Shown: piece after piece, positions 52,021-63,646 of the stretch
Layout: each line of letters starts with the position of its first letter
How positions within the stretch are numbered: the first letter of the stretch is position 1
DNA from: Octopus bimaculoides
Lineage: Eukaryota
Length of the DNA: 64,000 nucleotides
Reading direction: 5' to 3'
Assembly (NCBI RefSeq): GCF_001194135.2
Contig: NC_068993.1
Location: forward strand, 17,064,073-17,128,072
The notes under the pieces: model-generated
What the model was told of the DNA's origin: nothing
The model's database searches: none
What the model saw: only the letters and a program-made list of their open reading frames with translations
Position numbers and translations under genes: made by a program

Positions 52021-52421
52021 ATGTAAATTAGAGGGAAGTTGTGGAAGAGGGAGACCCAGGAAGACATGGGATGAAGTATTGAAGTCCAGTCTCAAAATGC
52101 TAGTCCTTATGAAAGAGATGACTGAGTACTGAAATATGTGGAGCATTGCTGTACTCAAGAAGACACATCCACCACAATAGAATTGAATTCCTCAAACCAA
52201 GGTGTCATGTAAAAAATGCATTTGTGTGGCTGCTGATACCATGTCAAAAAAAAAGCAGCCAGTGCACTCTGTAAAGTGGTTGGTGTTAGGAAGGGCATCC
52301 AGCTGTAGAAACCAAGCCATAACAGAATATGGAACCTGGTGTGGTCCTTGATCTCGCCAGTTCTTGTCAAGTCGTCCAACCCAAGCCAGCATGGGAAACC
52401 ACCATTAAATGATGATGATGA
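52021..52421 (+). mobile_element. RTE-clade LINE 3' end
   Basis: KLEGSCGRGRPRKTWDEVLKSSLKML..., then the 3' UTR gttaggaagggcatccagctgtag and a (GAT)n tail. Confidence 0.8.
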
Positions 52422-53026
52422 TGTATATATGTAATATATACATATATAAACCATATACAGTCAGCAGGTATGAGAATTGAATCATCATCATTATCATTTA
52501 ACATCCGTTGTCCATGCTAGCATGGGTTGGATGGTTCAACTTGGGCTAGTAAGCTGAGGGGCTGCACCAGACTCTAGTCTGATTTGGCATGGTTTCTATG
52601 GCTGGATGAATAAATATATTTAACCACTCGACATCCTTAGGATTGTAGATATTTATATGTAGTATGTAAGTATATGTGTGTGTATGTATGTATATATGCT
52701 CACATATATGTATGTGTGTGTTTAAACAGTTTAGTGTGGACAGGAAGGCGAAAAGACAGAACACATTTTTATTATATTATCTATTATTGTATTTTATTGA
52801 AAACAGAAGCTTCATTTGTCAAGTTTTGGGTTCCAAGAGAGGGTGAAACAGAGCAAATTGATGATTGCTTTTGTTTTGTGTTTTTGTGCTTTTGTGATGA
52901 AGAGGAAATTACATAGTTTTATTTTTGTCATGTCATATTTCAGACTGTTTATAGACAAATAGGTACGGCTTCTAAGTTGTTTTTTTTTTATCATTTTTAT
53001 CTCTGGCCTTATCAACTTTTGTATGT

Positions 53027-53075
<49 letters not shown>

Positions 53076-53225
53076 CAGCACAGCACAAGAACATCTATTA
53101 AATTTATTTCATATTCCTGTCTTATGTACATGGTAGACTTGTGAGAGAGACTTTTTGTGTCTGAGTCTATTCATCCACATCTATGTATACTTGCATATAT
53201 TTCTGTATGTATTTATGTACATACA

Positions 53226-53270
<45 letters not shown>

Positions 53271-53879
53271 ATGGAAAAGTGTAAGATTGCCTACAGGAAT
53301 TGAAATTCATTCTGCTATAAACATGACCCTGCTGACCATATGTGTGTGTGGTTAATTCTAGACAAAAGAGAACTTTGTGTGTAGAGTATAGCCTTTTATT
53401 GAGATTATTGAACATACAATTACTTATAGTAGCTGACTACTTTCACTCCAATTGGGATGAATACATGCATACATAAATAAACATAGATATATACATGCCT
53501 AAACACACATACATACACATGTACGTATGTACTACATGCATACATACATGCATACATACATGCATGCATGTGTGCGTGAGTGGTTAAGAAGTTCATCTCC
53601 CAATCCTGAAGCTTCAAGTTCAATCCCACTACATGGTATCATGGGTATATGTATTTTACCATATCGTCAAGTCAACCCAAACTTTGTGAATGAATTTGAG
53701 TAGAGGGAAACTGTGTGTAAGCCTTTCTTAGAGGGTCGAGCTTTGTCGCATATCATCATGCCAATTCAGCATCAGTTAAGTGAATAACCAAATGCTTATT
53801 GCAGGAACTGATGGCGGTTCCTTCGTCACTCACACACTCACATATATCATTACTTTTATCTCTGTGTATAATCTCTAGT

Positions 53880-54270
53880 GTGGAGGCGCAATGGCCCAGT
53901 GGTTAGGGCAGCGGACTCGTGGTCATAGGATCGTGGTTTCAATTCTCAGACCAGGCGTTGTGAGTGTTTATTGAGCGAAAACACCTAAAGCTCCACGAGG
54001 CTCCGGCAGGGGATGGTGGCGAACCCTGCTGTACTCTTCCACCACAACTTTCTCTCACTCTTTCTTCCTGTTTCTGTTGTACCTGTAATTCAAAGGATCA
54101 GCCTTGTTACACTGTGTCACACTGAATATCCCCGAGAATTACGTTAAGGGTACACGTGTCTGTGGAGTGCTCAGCCACTTGCACGTTAATTTCACGAGCA
54201 AGCTGTTCCGTTGATCGGATCAACTGGAACCCTCGACGTCGTAAGCGACGGAGTGCCAGCAACAACAATA
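53880..54270 (+). mobile_element. tRNA-derived SINE with Ceph-type 3' body and (AAC)n tail, full length
   Basis: tggcccagtggttaggg (A box) and ggtttcaattctc (B box). The 3' 150 bp are shared with the 15360-15570 copy. Confidence 0.8.
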
Positions 54271-55589
54271 ATCTCTAGTATTTGTTTTTTATTATCTCTC
54301 AACCTGCATATTAGTTTTGTCTATCCCTCAACAGGGGCACAGACATTGATTGCCATATGTTTAACCCTATTGATGGATACCAACTTGCCCAAGACTACCC
54401 TTAGTTCTATTATATAAGTTTCGTGTTTTAAAGTGGACCAAATTAAAACCCTCCTTCCAAATATCATGTTAATTTATATTGCAAAAACCAGCTTAATAAA
54501 TGCAAAGTTATTTTAACTAAAGTTTTCATTATTTTCAATATTAATTGAAACAAAAGCATTACATTTCAAAAGAAATTTGTTAACAAAAGCCTTTTATAAT
54601 CATGTGTTTCCTTATTCAAATTTATGCATGACAACTTGAGCAAATATCTTGTGCAGTAGCTTTGGTTCATTCCAAGCTTTGTAAACACCACTTATGCAGA
54701 AGCTCATTAAATGGGTTGTATTTATTCCTGTATGGCAGAATTAAACTGCTGACTAGTATAACATACTATCTGGCGCTTAGTGGATTCCACTTTTTGCAAA
54801 CATTCAGAACAAATCTTCAGTCTAAGGTTAAATTATGAAGTATATAGTGTCATAGTTCCTTTAGTTTACCAGGACTGGAAGCTCTGCACAAGGGCTTGTT
54901 GTACTTCATCTCTGACTAAGTTCTTTTTTTTTTTTTGTAAACTAATAAACTACATGCTTTCTCTACCACCCTCCTAGTCTCTACCCTCCTCCATTTCTAA
55001 CATCTAGCTGCTCAGCAACTACCATTATCACTGCTAATCTCATTCCTCTCACCATTACTACTACTGCCATTAATCTCCATTTTGCTGGCATTACCTTCAC
55101 CACTAAACTCTCCTCTCTTCTAGTGACATAACTGTGTGGTTAAAAAGCCTGCTTTGCAACCACATGGGTTCGTGTTCAGTCCCATTGTGTGGCATCTTAG
55201 GCAAGTGTCTTTTGCTATTGCCTCATGCTGACCAATGCCTTGTGTGGGAATATGATAGATGGAATATATAAGGGAAACCATTGTGTGTTCTTTTGTTTAT
55301 ATATCATCATCATCATCATCATTTAGCATCCATTATCCATGCTGGCATGGGTTGGACAGTTTGACCAAGGCTGGTAAGCTGAGGGGCTACACCAAACCTT
55401 AGTCTGATTTGGCATGGTGTCTACAACTGGATGCCTGTCTTAACACCAACCACTCCAAGAGTGTAATGGATGCTTTTATATGCCACCGGCATGGGTGTCA
55501 GTTTGCATGACACCAATATTTGCCACAACCACAATTTCACTTGGCTTGATGGGTCTTTTTCTTAAGCATTTATGATTTGTCTGCTTTCC

Positions 55590-55885
55590 TACTTACTAAG
55601 ACTTTGGTTTTTGCTAGGTTAACTCTAAGGCCCTTCAATTCTAGACCCTTGCTTTCAGACCTAAAACTTCTCTAGGCAGTGATTCAGCTATAAGGACAAG
55701 GTCATAAGCATAGAGGAGCTCCCAGGGGCAGCCTGTCTTGAATTCCTCTGTTATTGCCCGGAGGACTATGATGAATAAGAGGGGGCTGAGGACTGATCCT
55801 TGGTGAACCCCTACTGCTACCCTGAATTCTCCACTATACTCACCTAACTGACAGCATCCCTGTACATGGTACAGCTGTCACCAAC
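55590..55885 (-). mobile_element. RTE-clade reverse transcriptase core fossil
   Basis: Minus strand gives EFRVAVGVHQGSVLSPLLFIIVLRAITEEFKTGCPWELLYAYDLVLIAESL..GLELKGLRVNLAKTK. The catalytic YADD is decayed to YAYD. Confidence 0.85.
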
Positions 55886-55919
55886 CAATCATCCATCCCT
55901 ATATATGTGTGTGTATATG

Positions 55920-55953
<34 letters not shown>

Positions 55954-55960
55954 TTTGCAT

Positions 55961-56058
55961 CTGTGTTTTGATGTCTGTGTTTTGACGTCTGTGTTTTGAC
56001 GTCTGTGTTTTGATGTCTGTGTTTTGACGTCTGTGTTTTGACGTCTGTGTTTTGACGT
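55961..56058. repeat. 14-bp minisatellite x7 (CTGTGTTTTGA(C/T)GT)
   Basis: Seven contiguous units, five with GACGT and two with GATGT. Sits in the internal microsatellite slot of a SINE A body. Confidence 0.95.
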
Positions 56059-56566
56059 CTGTGTTTGTCACCCACCACTGCTTGACAACCAATATTGGTT
56101 TGTTTATATCCCGTCACTTAGCAAAGATCAATAGAATAAGAGACCCTGGATTTACAAGTTTTTACACGTTTTATTTTCTGTTTGTGAGGTTTTACTTTAT
56201 GATCGTTCTCCGGGAATGAATTAACTCATATATCGAGGCATTACTCTACCTTCAAGTGGTGCCCCAGCTTGGCCACAATCCAATGACTAAGACAAGTAAA
56301 AGATAAATGATATTACTGCCACCACTATAGTCTCCCTTATCAATGCCATGATTACAACCACTATTTCTATCCACCAACACTTTTAAGGTCCCCTTAGTCT
56401 ACTGCTGCTGATGATGATGATGGTGATGATGATGCTACCATGGAGGCCAGTCTCCAAAAGTTTAGAACTCAGAACTTACAGTCATATAGCAAATCCCAGA
56501 AAAAAGTGATGGTTTTTTTGCATCAGCAATCAGTGATTATCCCATCTTATGTTCTCTCCCTCTACA

Positions 56567-56598
<32 letters not shown>

Positions 56599-56881
56599 CC
56601 CCTCCCTCTCTCTCTTCATTCTCTTTTCTCATAATTCTGTCCCTTTCTATTTCTATTATCATTGCTCTATTTTACTCTTGTCTAGGTTTTATTGTGCTCC
56701 TCCTCTCTCACTGTCACTCTCTCATTCTTTCTTTCTCTTTCTCTCTCTCTCTCTTTCTCTTTCTCTCTTCTTCTTCTTCTCATGGACCACCATTCTTCTT
56801 TTTAATTTTTCATTTGTCTTCTCTTCCACCTCTATTTCACAAATCCCTCCAGCCATCACTCTTTCGCTTTCTCTGTTTCAG

Positions 56882-57057
56882 CAAGCGTCAGTACAACTGT
56901 CGCCACCAGACACCAACCTCGTGTACATGGTACCTTAATAAAGATGCCAATTCTTTCCAACCAGACAAGAATTATCGAATGCAGATTACTGTCCGCAACA
57001 GGAGAACAAGAGACTTCAAAAAGTCTAAGATCTTCTACATTTATTCTGCATTAATTG
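56882..57057 (+). CDS. Class I cytokine receptor, cytokine-binding module FN3 (D2), C-terminal half
   Basis: Acceptor ctctgtttcAG ends at 56881 after a long CT tract. The 176-nt phase 2-1 exon encodes (S)KRQYNCRHQTPTSCTWYLNKDANSFQPDKNYRMQITVRNRRTRDFKKSKIFYIYSALI, supplying the second Cys pair (C-x7-C). Donor G|GTATGC at 57058. Confidence 0.9.
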
Positions 57058-57370
57058 GTATGCAAAACTTTGTGTTTACAACTGTTTTTCTATTCTCTCC
57101 TACATTTATTTAGAAAAATTTTATATAAATTTTTTGTGAAATATATATTGTTAGGAATTAGAGTTTTTCAGCAGTCTATGCATTGCTTTACTGCATTTAC
57201 AATAGTGAGGATAATAAAAAGCCAGGCAGTACAAATATTACTAAAGACTTTGTTTAAAAGTACCATTTTTTTTTTTTTTTTTTTGGTCTTATTAATTTGA
57301 TCATATACCTTTTACAATATCACAGTATCAACCAGACAATTAGATCCTGTTATCCACTGCTCGTCACAAT

Positions 57371-57519
57371 CACTGGCATAACTAATGTGTGTGCCGCCCG
57401 GGGTGGCCCTTCCGTTTGCCACCCCCTAATCCCACAAAAAATGCATATAGCCTACAGCAAACCCAAAAGTGCCACCTTAGGCGGACCGCCCTTGCTGCCC
57501 CCACCTAGCTACACTAGTG
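57371..57519. mobile_element. hAT-type MITE (149 bp), diverged
   Basis: Ends CACTGGCATAACTA / TAGCTACACTAGTG with degenerate 8-bp TSD GTCACAAT / GTCACTCT (6/8). GC-rich interior. Confidence 0.6.
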
Positions 57520-59203
57520 GTCACTCTGTGCTTCCAATTCTGACTTGATTGCACCATTCTTTTCCATCTTGACCCAAATTGCTTAACTAAATCACCGTCC
57601 CATCGTCATGGAGGCCTTGCAAGTGGCCTTTTCTGATCTCTACATCCTGTCATAAAGAGCCATTGTTTCAGAATGAAATAATTAGGTGTGACTGTTCGGA
57701 TACTGATCATTTGGGACTGCTGACTGCACTTTCAATTTATTTTAGCCACAGTACTCTTCGGCACTGGAGGCAAAAACCACAGGCACACATGTACAAAAAG
57801 ATACATATATAGATTGCTACCAAATTCACTCACAAGGCTTCGGTCAGCCCAAGGCTATAGTAGAAGACACTTGCCCAAGGTGCTGCGCAGTGGGACTGAA
57901 TCCAGAACCATGTGGTTGGGTAGTAAGCTTCTTAGCACACAGTCACATCTGCAATTCATATTTGTGATTGGCTTCTGTATAGTTTCCATCTACTACACTC
58001 CACCCACAAGGACATGCTAGAAGACACTTGTCCAAGATGCTATTCAGTGGACGTGAACCCCAGAACTGTATCATCTTGAAATGAGAGCTTCCTAATCACA
58101 CAGCCATGTCTGCTGTTTCATTTCTCATTATATTTGCTTGTCATGGTTGGTCAAAATACCTACAGTTCTCACTACCATCTTATACAGTAGCATTATTACA
58201 AATCTCCCCATTGACAGCACACAAAGAGCTTTTGTGTTACATTATTCTTCTAATCTTAATCAACCTACTTCAATAAATAAAGAGGTTACAACTTTTACTT
58301 TATGGTCGAATAGATTACAAAAGAAAGGGGACACCTAGCTGCCAAACAGCAAATCCTTTCTGTATGAGAACACATTTTACTTTTGTCTTTATTTTTCCAT
58401 ACTTGAGTGAGTGGAAAGCTTTTTTGTTTTTTGATTTTTTGGGAAGTGAGGTGTTATTTTTCTATGTTGTTATTTTTTTTTTTTTTTTTTTTTTTTTTAC
58501 TGGACACCCTTCCTACTCACCTATTAATCACTGACCTGTGAAGTTAGGGTTGTCAGAGTAATACCTGCTACCAACAAGCTAGCAAGCCAAGCAGTCAGTC
58601 ACACAGAATGAACACAGAATTATCTGTTTTGTTCAGGTGTCAAATATATAGATTTGAATCCTGACTCTTGTGATTAGCATATCCTATTCTTTTACTCTTT
58701 TACTGGTTTCAGTCATTTGGCTTTGCAGCCATGCTGGGGCACTTACCTTCAAGAGTTTAGTTGATATAATATCAACCACAGTACTTATTTTAGTCTAGTA
58801 CATATTTTATTAATTTCCTTTTGCTGAACCACTAAGTTACAGGATAAAGGGGTACAATATGATGAGACTATTATATTGTAATGTTGACATAAACACAAAT
58901 ATGGACTTGGGCATTCATGCACACACACATACACACACTCAGAGGACATATAAGTTTGTTTATTTCTGTTCATTTTACATCTGTTTTCCCATGCTAGCAC
59001 ATGTTACATGACTATATTATTAAGATGTTGTTTACAGCTTGATATTCTTCCTGTTTCTCAAATGTGTGCCAGCAGGCAGTTTGTTGCCTGAGAAATGACA
59101 GCTACATCACCACTTGTAGCTCAGTAATTTTCAGAGAAGCACAAATGTAAACAATGTGTGTGTGTTGTTTATGCATGTGTCACATGCACACATGCGTGCA
59201 CGT

Positions 59204-59241
<38 letters not shown>

Positions 59242-60168
59242 GAATGATATTCATTTGCAGCCATCGTGCAATGTCCAGGCAGGGAGACACAAACATATAT
59301 GATGAGCTTCTTCCAGTTTCTGTCGACCAAATCTACTCACAAGACTATGGTTGGCTTGAGGCTATAATAGAAGACACTTGTCCAAGATTCCATGCTGTGC
59401 AATTGAACCTGAAACCATGTGGTTTGGAAGTACACACACACATGCACGCGTGCGTGCACACACCCCCACACACACACACATGACAAGCTTTGTACAGTTT
59501 CCATCTATCAAATTTAATCACAAGGTAATTGGTTGACCCCAGGGTTATAGTAGAAGATGAGATGTCAGATCTGTGAGACTGAATCTGAAAACACATGGCT
59601 GCAAAGCAAACTTCTTAACTACATGGCACAAGTATTACTCTGATTAAGAAGTTCACTTCCCGACCACATGATTTCAGGTTCAGCTCTACTGCGTGGAACA
59701 TTGAGCACGTGTCTTCTACTATAGCCTTGGACTGATCAAAGCCTTCTAAGTGGGTTTAGTTGATGGAAACTGAAAAAAATGCCTGTCAGGTGTGTGTGTG
59801 TGTGTGTGTGTCATTGTCTTGATATCTCATTTGTTGTAAATAGATGTTATTTGTTTCCAATATTTTGTGCAAACATGCCTGGTTATGGAGAAATGATACC
59901 TTACATGAAAATTGGTATGGATTAGCAACAGGAAGGGCATCTGGCTATTGAAAAATTTGCCTCAATAAACTCCATCCAACCCATGCAAGCATGGAAAAGT
60001 GGATGTTAAAACAGTGATGAGGATGATGACAGCCATGCCTGCATCTTTATATATTTACATATACAACCCATGCTAACATGGAAAACAGACATTAGATAAT
60101 GATGATGATGTCATTATCGTCATCATTGTTGTTCATCTGCCAAATTGTGTTCACTATTAGTCAACCCG

Positions 60169-60412
60169 TGGAGGCGTGTGGCCTAGTGGTTAGAGTGTCA
60201 GCACCATGATCGTAAGATTGTGGTTTCGATTCCTGGACCAGGCGACGCGTTGTGTTCTTGAGCAAAACACTTCATTTCACATTGTTCCAGTCCACTCATC
60301 TGGCAAAACTGAGTAACACTGCAATGGACTGGCGTCCCATCCAGCTGGGGAACACATACGCCATTGAAATTGGGAAACTGGGCCCATGAGCCTGGCTTGG
60401 CTTTAAAAGGGC
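60169..60412 (+). mobile_element. tRNA-derived SINE family D, full length with A-rich tail
   Basis: tggcctagtggttagag (A box), ggtttcgattcct (B box), CORE-like centre and gggcgcaaaaaaaa end. Confidence 0.8.
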
Positions 60413-61569
60413 GCAAAAAAAAAAAATAATCAGTCAACCCAGAAATGTAGTAGAAGACACTCATTCAAGGTGTTGTGCATTGGCATTAANNNNNNNNNNN
60501 NNNNNNNNNNNNNNNNNNNNNNNNNNNNNNNNNNNNNNNNNNNNNNNNNNNNNNNNNNNNNNNNNNNNNNNNNNNNNNNNNNNNNNNNNNNNNNNNNNNN
60601 NNNNNNNNNNNNNNNNNNNNNNNNNNNNNNNNNNNNNNNNNNNNNNNNNNNNNNNNNNNNNNNNNNNNNNNNNNNNNNNNNNNNNNNNNNNNNNNNNNNN
60701 NNNNNNNNNNNNNNNNNNNNNNNNNNNNNNNNNNNNNNNNNNNNNNNNNNNNNNNNNNNNNNNNNNNNNNNNNNNNNNNNNNNNNNNNNNNNNNNNNNNN
60801 NNNNNNNNNNNNNNNNNNNNNNNNNNNNNNNNNNNNNNNNNNNNNNNNNNNNNNNNNNNNNNNNNNNNNNNNNNNNNNNNNNNNNNNNNNNNNNNNNNNN
60901 NNNNNNNNNNNNNNNNNNNNNNNNNNNNNNNNNNNNNNNNNNNNNNNNNNNNNNNNNNNNNNNNNNNNNNNNNNNNNNNNNNNNNNNNNNNNNNNNNNNN
61001 NNNNNNNNNNNNNNNNNNNNNNNNNNNNNNNNNNNNNNNNNNNNNNNNNNNNNNNNNNNNNNNNNNNNNNNNNNNNNNNNNNNNNNNNNNNNNNNNNNNN
61101 NNNNNNNNNNNNNNNTTTTTTTTTTTTTTTTTTTTTTGAATAATGGATCTTGATGCAGATAAAATGATTATTTATAGTTTTGAGTTAAATAGGAATAAAT
61201 GAAGACGTACTAAAAGTTTTTTAGTAGGACAAATGATAAATTGCACATGTAGCTTTGTTTGTTACTGATTCAGTCATCATTGATCCACAGTAACATGATG
61301 CATTCAATTGCAAGTCACATTACGTTTATCATTGATTGATCAGTGTTGACACAGGTCCAAGCAATCAAAGATTCTGCTTGTACTGCAAAAATGCTCTTCA
61401 ATGACCACCCACTGTGCCTAGTTGCCCAGAATGCACTGATTATTGCTTGTGTTCACATGACTGTGCTGTGAGCCTGCTTATTTTTTTTATAAGTAATTAC
61501 AAACTTGTGCCCTTCAACATGGGACCAGTGAACAGAAAAAGTATAAAGGCACTTGCTCCTAACAAACAA

Positions 61570-61710
61570 TGCAGATGAGTGTCTTCTTTATAGGAAAAGG
61601 TAGAGATGGTCAATAAAATATATGATGGTGGAAGCCTTACTGCTGGCAAGCCATGTGTTTGGTGTCAATGAATCTACCTTTCATTCCATTTACATGTGTG
61701 GAGATGATTC
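61570..61710 (+). mobile_element. Tigger/pogo transposase N-terminal (CENP-B-type HTH) fossil
   Basis: SL*EKVEMVNKIYDGGSLTAG [frameshift] VFGVNESTFHSI matches the Tigger LxEKVE..G.S....FGVNESTI..I motif. Confidence 0.65.
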
Positions 61711-61928
61711 TTTTATCACTGATTTTATTTTTTTTTTTTAGAACTAAAACCCCCCATGATAAATGAGGATATTCCTGAGTGTTTAACATGAGCTTATTTG
61801 AATGACCTCCAAACATTCATAACAGCGATAAGACAATAATAAAAGAAAGTTGTAATTGTTGTTGTTTTTCTCTCCTCTTCTTTATTTTTCTCTCCTTTCA
61901 AATTTTCTTTATTATATTCTAATTAAAG

Positions 61929-62065
61929 TAAAACCAGCTAAACTGCACAGCATCAAGTGCCAACCATATAACAGTAGTTGTACCAACTTATCATGGAACC
62001 ATACTCATCCACTGAAATGCAGAGTTCGTTACCACTCACAGTGGGATCCTTCCAATATTTGGGAG
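61929..62065 (+). CDS. Class I cytokine receptor, second FN3 of cytokine-binding module (D3), N-terminal half
   Basis: Acceptor ttctaattaaAG ends at 61928. The 137-nt phase 1-0 exon encodes (V)KPAKLHSIKCQPYNSSCTNLSWNHTHPLKCRVRYHSQWDPSNIWE. The junction gives the I-V-K-P hinge typical of the D2/D3 boundary. Donor GAG|GTAAGT at 62066. The gene continues beyond the window. Confidence 0.88.
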
Positions 62066-63603
62066 GTAAGTCGGCCCTTTTTTTAAAATCTTTCTTATCT
62101 TTTATTTTGTACTTGTTTCAGTCTGCGACCATACTCAGACACAACCTTGTGGGGTTTAGTCAAACAAATCAGACCCAGTACTTATTCTTAAACTTGGTAC
62201 TTATTCTATCAATATCTTTCTGCTGAACCCCCAAGCTAACAGGGCCATAAACAAAGCGACACTGGTTGCCAACCAGTCTTGAAGACAAACACACACACAC
62301 ACACACACATACATAAACATATACGTGACAGGCTTCTTTCAGTTTCCATCTACCAAATCCTTTCACAAAGCTTTGGTCAGCCCAGGCCTTTAGTAGAAGA
62401 CACTTGCTCAAGATGCTGCACACTAGGACTGAACTTGTAGCCATGTGGTTGTGAATCCAGCTTCTTATTACATACGAAATAAATGAACCACGTTGATAAT
62501 GCTGCTGCTGGTGGAAGCAGAGTAGTGGTAATGATGATGAAGTAAAGTAATTATCATTAACTACTGTAACTACTACATTTTAACAAGTCAGTATGTACAT
62601 GGTCTCTCGACCTGCAGGAAATAGCAACCAAATCTCTCAACTCAAGCCCCACCATCTTGAATATAAAAAAAGTATACATTGGACAATGTAGTCCAAGACA
62701 TAATTCTACTAAAAACTGGATGGTCACAATTGGAATGCCTCTGATCATAGGTCTGCTAGATCAGGGTTGACTGGATAATAAACAACAATTCTAATTTTTA
62801 TCAATAGTTAAGTATCCGTGAGAGATAATTGGTATAAAGTTGTATTATTTACTGAAAAAATTATTATACATGAGATAATTAATTAATCTAAGGCTATATT
62901 AAAATAATTACCAGATATTTTTTTAGCCCTAAGTCAGATCCTCTTTCATTAAACAGACATGTGTGGTGTATCTAAGACTACATTGTATGGGATAATATGA
63001 GACATTTAGCTGCTGTTTCTAACAGCTCAAGCAAGCATGCAGAAGCTGCCTTCATTTGCTTGATTCATGGCTGCAATTCCAAGCAGTGCAAGTGATACCT
63101 TGTAGAGATTCCTCTCTGATTTGCTCAGTACGTCTTTTTATTTAAAACAGCAGGGTATAGTTGAAGGGAAATTTAACTGCTATTTCTAACATTTTGGGTG
63201 ACCACATAGCAATTCCAGCATTTCACGATGTGTTTTTATCCTTGTGGATTTTAGTTGAACAAATCAACCCCAGGTCCAGTACTTATTCTATCAACCCCCT
63301 TTGCCAAACAGCTAAGTGGCAAGGGAAATAAACAAACCAGCACCAGTTGGCAAGCAGTAGCAGGGTCACTGAAGACACACATACATGCATTATGTGTGTA
63401 TGTGTATATATATATATATATATTTATATAAGGGTATTACTACAGAATAATGCCACACAACAGACTAGTAATGCCCTTATATAAATATAAACAAATAATT
63501 ATATTCTTGGGAATAGAAATTTCCCTTATGAATTTTTTTACACACTGACTTCCTGATAAAATTCTTGTAAAAGATTTTTATCCTTTTTTTGAATTTATTA
63601 ATC

Positions 63604-63646
<43 letters not shown>

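Larger units (their letters stand above)
1181..61115. other. 13 assembly gaps (1181-1982, 3464-4211, 5544-6026, 6626-7285, 11964-11998, 13598-13904, 29677-29947, 31884-32268, 37466-37823, 44292-44732, 47424-47631, 50785-50844, 60490-61115)
   Basis: N runs totalling 5384 bases; nine abut (TA)n tracts. Confidence 0.98.
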
